A stretch of DNA of 34,325 nucleotides from Deltaproteobacteria bacterium (GTDB lineage: Bacteria; Myxococcota_A; Polyangia; Haliangiales; Haliangiaceae), in assembly GCA_021413675.1 (NCBI GenBank), contig JAIOQA010000083.1, positions 1 to 34,325 of the forward strand. The letters run 5' to 3'. Numbering within the stretch: position 1 is the first letter of the stretch; every line of letters begins with the position of its first letter. The notes under the pieces were generated by a model. That model had not been told where the DNA came from and did no database searches. It was given only the letters and a program-made list of their open reading frames with translations. A program made the position numbers and the translations under genes. Positions 28,120 to 34,325 of this stretch are shown piece by piece.

Positions 28120-31100
28120 TCAGGAGCGCGGCACCTGTGCGCTCTCGCTCGCCGGCGTCGGCGCGCCCGCCGGCAGCCCGCGGCCCTTCCAGATGGCGAA
28201 GACCGCGGGATAGACCAGCAGCTCGAGGATGAACGAGGTCACCAGCCCGCCGACCATCGGCGCGGCGATGCGCTTCATGACGTCGGCGCCGGTGCCCGTG
28301 CTCCAGAGCACGGGGATGAGCCCGATCATCATCGTCATGACCGTCATCAGCTTGGGCCGGATGCGGTGCGCGGCGCCCTCGACGATCGCCTCGCGCAGAT
28401 CGCCGCGGGTGCGCAGCAAGCCGGCCTCGTGCCAGCGGCGGTGGGCGATCGTCAGGTACAGGAGCATCACCACGCCGGTCTCGGCATCGAGCCCCGCGAG
28501 CGCGATCATCCCGACCCAGACCGCGACGCTGACGTTGTAGTCGAGCAGGTACAGGAGCCAGATCGCGCCGACCAGCGAGAACGGCACCGCGAGCAGCACG
28601 ATGCCGGTCTCGACCAGCGAGCGCGTGTTCAGGTACAGCAGCAGGAAGACGATCAGCAGCGTGATCGGCACGACGATCGCGAGCTTGGCCTTGGCGCGCT
28701 CGAGGTACTGAAACTGCCCCACCCACGCGATCCGCACGCCCGGCGGCAGCACCGCCTGGCGCGCGACGATCGTCTTGGCGTCGGCGACGTAGTCGGCGAG
28801 CGGCCGGTCGGTGTCGACGAAGACGAACCCGACGAGCTTGCCGCCCTCGGACCGGATCATCGGCGGGCCGGTGACGGTGCGCAGCTCGACCACCTGCGAC
28901 AGCGGGATCTGCGCGCCCGACGGCGTCGGCACCAGCACGCGGTCGAGCAGCTGCGGGTCGTCGCGGAACTCGCGGGCGTAGCGGATGTTGATCGGGTAGC
29001 GCGCGCGGCCCTCGACGGTCTCGCCCACGTCCATGCCGCCGATCGCGGTCTCGATGACGTCGTCGATGTCGCCGACGGTCAGGCCGAAGCGCGCGGCCGC
29101 GTCGCGCTTGACGACCAGGTCGATGAAGAACCCGCCGGTCGAGCGATCGGCGAACGCGCTCTGGGTGCCGGGCGCGTCGGCCAGCGCCTTCTCGATCGCG
29201 ACCGCCGCCTGCTCGATCTGCGCGGCGTCGTCGCCGTAGACCTGGATCGCGATCGGCGCGCGCACGCCGGTCGACAGCATCTCGGTGCGGGTCTGGATCG
29301 GCATCCACACCAGGTTGGGCATGCCCGGGTACTGGAGCTTCTTCTCGATCTCCTGCTTGAGGCCGGTGAAGGTCAGGCCCGGACGCCACTGGTCCTCGGG
29401 CTTGAGCACGATCACGGTCTCGACCATGCCGAGCGGCGCCGGATCGGTCGCGGTCTCGGCGCGGCCGTTCTTGCCGAACACCGTGAGCACCTCGGGGATG
29501 TCGTGGAGCTCGCGGTCCATGATCGCCGTGACCCGCGACGCCTCGGCGATCGACATGCCGGGCGGCGCGCTCGGCATGTACAGCATCGTGCCCTCGTTGA
29601 GCGGCGGCATGAACTCGCTGCCCAGGCGGAACATCGCGGGCACCGTGAACCCGACGACCAGCGCGGCGCCGACCAGCACCATCGCGCGGTGCTCGACGAC
29701 GAACCGCACGACCGGCGCATAGACCGCGACCAGCACGCGGTTCACCGGGTGGCGATCCTCGCGCATGATCTTGCCGCGCACCAGGATCGCGGCGAGCGCC
29801 GGGGTCAGGGTGATCGCGAGGATCGCGGCGAAGCCCATCGAGTAGGTCTTGGTGAACGCCAGCGGCTTGAACAGCCGCCCCTCGACGCCCTCGAGCGTGA
29901 ACACCGGGATGAACGCGACCGTGATGACCAGCAGCGAGAAGAAGATCGAGGGCCCGACCTCCTGCATCGCGGCGATGATCGCGTCCCGGCGATCGCCCTT
30001 CTGCCCGCCGCGCTCCCAGTCGTCGAGCTTCTTGTGGATGTTCTCGATCAGGATGATCGAGGCGTCGACCATCGCGCCCATCGCGACCGCGATGCCGCCC
30101 AGCGACATGATGTTGGCGGTCAGGTGCTGCGACCCCATCGGGATGAACGCGAGCAGCACGCCGAGCGGCAGGGTCAGGATCGGGATCAGCGCGCTGCGCA
30201 CGTGCAGCAGGAACAGGAAGATGATGATGCTGACGACGATCATCTCCTCGATGAGCGTGCCGCGCAGCGTGTCGATCGACGCGCGGATGAGCTCCGAGCG
30301 GTCGTAGGTCGGCACGATCTGCACGCCCGCCGGCAGCGTCTGGCGCAGCTCGTCGAGCCGCGCCTTGACGCCGTCGATGACGTCGAGCGCGTTCTGGCCG
30401 TAGCGCATGATCACGATGCCGCCGACCACCTCGCCCTTGCCGTCGAGCTCGGCGAGCCCGCGGCGGATGCCGGGCCCGATCGCGACGTCGGCGACGTCCT
30501 TCACCGTGACCGGCACGCCGGTCGGCCCGAGCTTGAGCGGGATGCTCTCGAGGTCGGCGGTCTTGGTGACGTAGCCGCGGCCGCGGATGACGTGCTCGTG
30601 GCCGGCGATCTCGATGACCTGCCCGCCCACGTCCTGGTTCGAGCGGCGCACCGCCATCATCACGTCGCCGAGCGCGATGCCGTAGGCGGCGAGCTTCGTG
30701 GGGTCGACGGTGATCTGGTACTGCTTGGTGTAGCCGCCGACGGTCGCGACCTCGGCCACGCCGTGCACGCCCTGCAGCGCGTAGCGCAGGTTCCAGTCCT
30801 GGATCGACCGCAGCTCCTGGAGGTCGTGCTTGCCGGTCGGATCGGTGAGCGCGTACTCGAAGACCCAGCCGACGCCGGTCGCGTCGGGGCCGAGGCTGGG
30901 CGAGACGCCCTCGGGCAGGTGCGACTTGACCTGGTTGAGGTACTCGAGCACGCGGCTGCGCGCCCAGTAGATGTCGGTGTCGTCGTCGAAGATCACGTAG
31001 ACGAACGACATGCCGAACATCGACAGGCCGCGCACCGAGGTCACGCCCGGGACCGCGACCAAGGCCGACGAGATCGGATACGTGAGCTGATCCTCGACGA

Positions 31101-31353
31101 GATCGGGGCTGCGCCCCATCCACTCGGTGTAGACGATGACCTGGGCGTCGGAGAGATCGGGGATCGCGTCGAGCGGCGCGCGGCGCAAGGACATCCAGCC
31201 CCAGACCGCCGCCGCGAGCACGAACAGGATCGTGATGAGCGGGTTCCTGGCGGAGGCCGAGATGATCCGCGCGATCACGCCGACCGGCGCGACCACCGCG
31301 GGCGCGATCGGCTCGGGCGCGGCCGGCGCGGCCGGCGTCTCAGGGACCGACAT
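28120..31353 (-). CDS. cusA: Heavy-metal efflux RND transporter, CusA/SilA family (Cu+/Ag+), 1077 aa
   Basis: It is a full-length HME-RND protein with 12 TM segments. Conserved segments include GGIAVAMGAMVDASIILIENI and DAETGVVMLLYL. Met-rich periplasmic residues are typical of the Cu/Ag subgroup. The start cat is at 31351-31353. Confidence 0.95.
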   Translation of the reverse strand: MSVPETPAAPAAPEPIAPAVVAPVGVIARIISASARNPLITILFVLAAAVWGWMSLRRAPLDAIPDLSDAQVIVYTEWMGRSPDLVEDQLTYPISSALVAVPGVTSVRGLSMFGMSFVYVIFDDDTDIYWARSRVLEYLNQVKSHLPEGVSPSLGPDATGVGWVFEYALTDPTGKHDLQELRSIQDWNLRYALQGVHGVAEVATVGGYTKQYQITVDPTKLAAYGIALGDVMMAVRRSNQDVGGQVIEIAGHEHVIRGRGYVTKTADLESIPLKLGPTGVPVTVKDVADVAIGPGIRRGLAELDGKGEVVGGIVIMRYGQNALDVIDGVKARLDELRQTLPAGVQIVPTYDRSELIRASIDTLRGTLIEEMIVVSIIIFLFLLHVRSALIPILTLPLGVLLAFIPMGSQHLTANIMSLGGIAVAMGAMVDASIILIENIHKKLDDWERGGQKGDRRDAIIAAMQEVGPSIFFSLLVITVAFIPVFTLEGVEGRLFKPLAFTKTYSMGFAAILAITLTPALAAILVRGKIMREDRHPVNRVLVAVYAPVVRFVVEHRAMVLVGAALVVGFTVPAMFRLGSEFMPPLNEGTMLYMPSAPPGMSIAEASRVTAIMDRELHDIPEVLTVFGKNGRAETATDPAPLGMVETVIVLKPEDQWRPGLTFTGLKQEIEKKLQYPGMPNLVWMPIQTRTEMLSTGVRAPIAIQVYGDDAAQIEQAAVAIEKALADAPGTQSAFADRSTGGFFIDLVVKRDAAARFGLTVGDIDDVIETAIGGMDVGETVEGRARYPINIRYAREFRDDPQLLDRVLVPTPSGAQIPLSQVVELRTVTGPPMIRSEGGKLVGFVFVDTDRPLADYVADAKTIVARQAVLPPGVRIAWVGQFQYLERAKAKLAIVVPITLLIVFLLLYLNTRSLVETGIVLLAVPFSLVGAIWLLYLLDYNVSVAVWVGMIALAGLDAETGVVMLLYLTIAHRRWHEAGLLRTRGDLREAIVEGAAHRIRPKLMTVMTMMIGLIPVLWSTGTGADVMKRIAAPMVGGLVTSFILELLVYPAVFAIWKGRGLPAGAPTPASESAQVPRS

Positions 31354-33397
31354 GGCTGCGCTCCCAGAACGCCGCCGAGCGGATCCGGCTCTCGGACGCG
31401 ACCAGGAAGTTCCCCGAGGTCACCACCCGGTCGCCCTCCGCCACGCCGGCGAGGATCTCGACGGTGTCGGTGCCCTCGGCGCCGATCGTCACGTCGCGCG
31501 GCGCGAGCTGGCCGTCGCCGAGATCGACGAAGACGATGCGCCGCGGGCCGGTGTAGACCACCGCGCCCTTGGGGACCTGCAGCCGCGCGCCGAGATCGAT
31601 CGTGAACGCGACGGTCGCGTACATGTCGGGCTTGAGGTCGAGCGCGCGGTTGGCGAGCGCGAGCCGCACGCGCCCGGTGCGCGACGCGGGATCGAGGTAC
31701 GGATAGATGAAGGCGACGGTGCCGTCGAAGGTCTTGCCCGGCAGGTAGGTCAGCTCGATCGCCGCGTGCTGGCCCTTCTTGATGCGCGGGAGATCGGCCT
31801 CGTAGACGTCGGCCTCGACCCAGACGACGTCGAGCGCGGCGATCCGGTAGAGCCGCATGCCGGGCTGGATCGCGTCGCCCTCGACGACGTCCTTCTCGGT
31901 GACGACGCCGGCGGCCGGCGACGGGAACGGGATGTCCTCGAGCGGCTCGTTGCGGGCGTAGAGGCTCTTGAGCTGGGCGTCGCCGAAGCCCCAGAGCCGG
32001 AGCTTGGTCTCGGCGGCGTGGAGCAGCGGATCGGCGTGCGGGTCGGCGGTGGGCGCGGCGGTCGCGCGCCGCCAGGCGAACAGGGCCTCCTGCTGCGCGG
32101 CGTAGAGATCGGGGCTGTAATAGGTGAAGAGCGTGTCGCCCTTCTGCACGGTCTGGCCGGTGGCGTTGACCCGCAGCTTGGTGATGTAGCCGCTGACCCG
32201 GATCGTGACGTCCTTGAGCTGGGTCTCGTCGAAGGTGAGCCGGCCGACCGCGCGGACCGCGAGGCTCATCGGCGCGCGCACGACCGGCTCGGTGCCGATG
32301 CCGAGCACCTGCCGGCGCGCGGGATCGACCGTGATGACGTCGGCGGTCGCGTCGACCGGTGCGGAGGAGGCCGCCTCGGTTGCGGCCGGGCCCTCCCACG
32401 TCGACGGCCCGCCGCAGGTCGGCGAGCGGGCGCCCATGTACGGATTCTCGAGATCGGCGCTGCGCTGGAACCAGCCCTGGTAGCCGGGCGCCATCGGGCA
32501 CTCGAAGACGTGCCAGCCGCTGGCGAGGCGCGGATCGGCGATCGCGAGCGCCTGCAGCGCGCGGCTGAGCTCGCCGAAGGCGGGGCGCGTGTCGTCGAGC
32601 GAGCCGGCCGCGGCGATGGCGGTGATCGCGGCGGCGGCGGCGCGGACCCGATCGCGGATCGCGGCGGGCGCGCTGGCGAGGGCGCTGTCGGCCTGGCCGA
32701 GGGCACCGCCCACGTCGCGGGCGGCGGGCCCGATGTCGGCGAAGCGATCGTGGGCGAGCGCCGAGCGGACCCGCTCGTAGCCGTCGAACGCGCTGGTCAT
32801 CGCGGTCAGCGCCGGCGCGGGCAAGGCGAAGCGCGCGATCGTCGGCGGGGCCGCCGGCGGCGCGGGCGCCGCGGGCGCTGCGGGCGCCGCGCTTCGGGCG
32901 CCGACCACCGCGAGGCCGGGATTGCCGACGGTGAGCGTGTAGCGCGCCGTCCCGCTGGTCGCCGCCGAGGTCACCGCGACCTCGAGGGTGTAGCTGCCGC
33001 CGCCGGGCAGCTCGAGGTTGCTGCGGTACACGCCGCCGCCCTCGCCCGCCGCGGTCGAGCTGCCCTTCATCTCGGCCATCGCGCCCATCGCGGGCATGTC
33101 GTAGGTGACGGTCACCGTCGCGCCGTCGAGCGGCGCCCCCGCGGCGTCGCGCACGACGACCCGGACCTGGTTGCCGCTGATGCGCGGCGGATCCGGCGCG
33201 ATCGAGGTCTCGATGGCGAGGCTGCCGGCGGTGACGCGCGCGCCCGGCGACGCGACGCCGGCGTCGAGCTCCGCGCCGCTGAACCAGGCGACCAGCCGCG
33301 CGCGGAAGATCAGGGCCGCGGTCGCGAGGACCGCGAGCGCTACCCCCGGAACGGCGAAGCGCCGCAGCCGGGACGGAGGAGCAGGCGTGGGAGGCAT
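31340..33397 (-). CDS. cusB: RND efflux membrane fusion protein CusB family with about 330-aa N-terminal extension (Ig-like YtkA/FixH-type domain, Ala/Pro linker and helical FECPM-motif domain)
   Basis: The C-terminal 350 aa form a typical periplasmic adaptor (TFDETQLKDVTIRVSGYITKL...GDRVVTSGNFLV). The N-terminal part carries VRVVVRDAAGAPLDGATVTVTYDMPAMG...YTLEVAV and ...WHVFECPMAPGYQGWFQ. The start was chosen at the ATG at 33395-33397. The first 51 aa of the track ORF upstream are Arg-rich. The stop overlaps the cusA start by 14 nt. Confidence 0.82.
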   Translation of the reverse strand: MPPTPAPPSRLRRFAVPGVALAVLATAALIFRARLVAWFSGAELDAGVASPGARVTAGSLAIETSIAPDPPRISGNQVRVVVRDAAGAPLDGATVTVTYDMPAMGAMAEMKGSSTAAGEGGGVYRSNLELPGGGSYTLEVAVTSAATSGTARYTLTVGNPGLAVVGARSAAPAAPAAPAPPAAPPTIARFALPAPALTAMTSAFDGYERVRSALAHDRFADIGPAARDVGGALGQADSALASAPAAIRDRVRAAAAAITAIAAAGSLDDTRPAFGELSRALQALAIADPRLASGWHVFECPMAPGYQGWFQRSADLENPYMGARSPTCGGPSTWEGPAATEAASSAPVDATADVITVDPARRQVLGIGTEPVVRAPMSLAVRAVGRLTFDETQLKDVTIRVSGYITKLRVNATGQTVQKGDTLFTYYSPDLYAAQQEALFAWRRATAAPTADPHADPLLHAAETKLRLWGFGDAQLKSLYARNEPLEDIPFPSPAAGVVTEKDVVEGDAIQPGMRLYRIAALDVVWVEADVYEADLPRIKKGQHAAIELTYLPGKTFDGTVAFIYPYLDPASRTGRVRLALANRALDLKPDMYATVAFTIDLGARLQVPKGAVVYTGPRRIVFVDLGDGQLAPRDVTIGAEGTDTVEILAGVAEGDRVVTSGNFLVASESRIRSAAFWERSHVGP

Positions 33398-33744
33398 GAA
33401 AGGTCTCGGACGAACCCTCGTGCAACCGCGGCGCCAGCCTGGGTGCCAGCGAGATCCGCGGGGCCATCGTAGGCCGGATCGGTGGCTTCGGCCGGGTCGT
33501 GTGGCCCAGAACGCAGGACCTGCGTGTCGCGGCGTCACCCGCAGGATCACGTGTAACCGACTCGGTCACGCATCCGATGCGTCGCGAGCCACCCGGGACC
33601 CGAGAATCATTCGATCATCTGCGCAAAGCGCGCGCCTCCGATGCGGGCCGCGCACGTCGTGCACCCTCGTCGCCCGTGTCCCCTGGGCACGTCGCTTGCT
33701 GAGACTCCGAGCCTGTAAGGCCCCCCAGGCCAAGGACCGCACCC

Positions 33745-34325
33745 ATGCTCTCGCTCCTCGCCGTGATCGCGATCGCCTCCACTGCTCCGCTCACCCTGCC
33801 CGAGGTGCTCGCCGATGTCGGGGAGCGCGCGCCTGTGGTCGACGCGGAGCACGCGCAGATCGCGGTGCGGCGCGCGCAGGTCGAGGCCGCCGGGACCTGG
33901 GACGACGCCACCGTCGGCGTGATGGCCTCGGCGATCCCATTGCCCGGCGGCATGGATGGCGATCCGCTGATGATCGAGTACCGGATCGCGCAGCCGCTGA
34001 ACCTGTTCGGCCGGCGCGGCCTGGCGCGCACCGCCGCGACCGCCGAGGTCGCGCAGGCCGAGGCCGCGCTGCGGCGCACCGCCTGGGACGCGCGCGCGCA
34101 GGCGGTGTCGCTGTTCTACGAGCTGTGGATGAACGACGCGATGGCCGCGCTCATCGACGACCAGCTCGCGACGCTCGCGCGGATGCGCGACGCGGCCCTG
34201 GGGCGCGTCGCGGCCGGCCTCGAGATGGGCCACCACGAGGTCCTGCGCGCCGAGGCCGAGCAGGCGGCGATGGCGGCCGAGAAGGCCTCGCTCGCCGACG
34301 AGCGCGACGCGATGACGGCGATGCT
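33745..34325 (+). CDS. cusC: Outer-membrane efflux protein (TolC/CusC-like OMF), partial (3' end off-window)
   Basis: ATG 33745 follows an in-frame TGA at 33700-33702. The signal peptide reads MLSLLAVIAIASTA. The body ...LTLPEVLADVGERAPVVDAEHAQIAVRRAQVEAAGTWDDATVGV...YRIAQPLNLFGRRG... is typical of the OEP-family helical repeat. The frame is open to the window end with high GC3. It is absent from the track because it has no stop. Confidence 0.7.
   Translation, partial: MLSLLAVIAIASTAPLTLPEVLADVGERAPVVDAEHAQIAVRRAQVEAAGTWDDATVGVMASAIPLPGGMDGDPLMIEYRIAQPLNLFGRRGLARTAATAEVAQAEAALRRTAWDARAQAVSLFYELWMNDAMAALIDDQLATLARMRDAALGRVAAGLEMGHHEVLRAEAEQAAMAAEKASLADERDAMTAM

Noticed and set aside
28095-28130. 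Imperfect hairpin CGCTCC-TCA-GGAGCG between the convergent Met-rich lipoprotein and cusA
   Set aside because: The stem is short, it overlaps the cusA stop codon, and it has no T-tract. It is possibly a weak bidirectional terminator, but it is not supportable as a feature.
28105-33569. 1166-aa and 778-aa + ORFs and a 764-aa minus ORF over cusA/cusB
   Set aside because: They are alternative-frame or antisense artefacts. The cusA and cusB frames are unambiguous.

Overview
This is a high-GC bacterial chromosomal segment, about 72% GC with GC3 near 90%, and its codon bias looks Myxococcota-like. The six-frame track is therefore dominated by long spurious Arg/Ala/Gly-rich ORFs on both strands. I called genes only where the translation shows recognisable family motifs or a clear GC3 bias. 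Start coordinates were checked against the sequence. Gene content, in order along the window:

- **1–4287 (minus strand):** a partial membrane protein, two small unknown ORFs, a PP2C phosphatase, a hybrid PAS sensor kinase/receiver and an alpha/beta hydrolase, which look like one signalling operon.
- **4381–6449 (minus):** a stand-alone EF-G paralogue with a clean rho-independent terminator.
- **7017–7878 (plus):** a PPC-domain lipoprotein gene carrying an apparent +1 frameshift.
- **7916–10964:** a DesT/DesCB-type locus. An acyl-CoA desaturase and its ferredoxin-reductase partner sit on the minus strand, divergent from a TetR repressor, with two related operator-like sites between them.
- **11018–15003 (plus):** a YfcG-like glutathione S-transferase, two secreted lipase/esterase lipoproteins and a hemolysin-III family protein.
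- **15141–20189 (plus):** a translationally coupled group-3b-type [NiFe] hydrogenase operon (beta, gamma, delta, alpha subunits plus maturation endopeptidase). It has an unusual stand-alone cyclic-nucleotide-binding-domain gene inserted between the beta and gamma subunits.
- **20261–22762 (plus):** an 833-aa homologue of the eukaryotic major vault protein (MVP), 71 bp downstream of the hydrogenase protease. This is the most unusual gene in the window.
- **22868–24089 (minus):** an AraC regulator and a VOC/glyoxalase protein.
- **24155–27042 (plus):** a two-component system with a His-rich periplasmic sensor kinase and an NtrC-like sigma54-dependent response regulator.
- **27051–28094 (plus):** a dyad element and a good sigma54 -24/-12 promoter, followed by a cupredoxin-like protein and a Met/His-rich lipoprotein.
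- **28120–34325:** cusA and an N-terminally extended cusB on the minus strand, and a divergent partial cusC-like outer-membrane factor on the plus strand.

No rRNA, tRNA, CRISPR array or obvious mobile element was seen.
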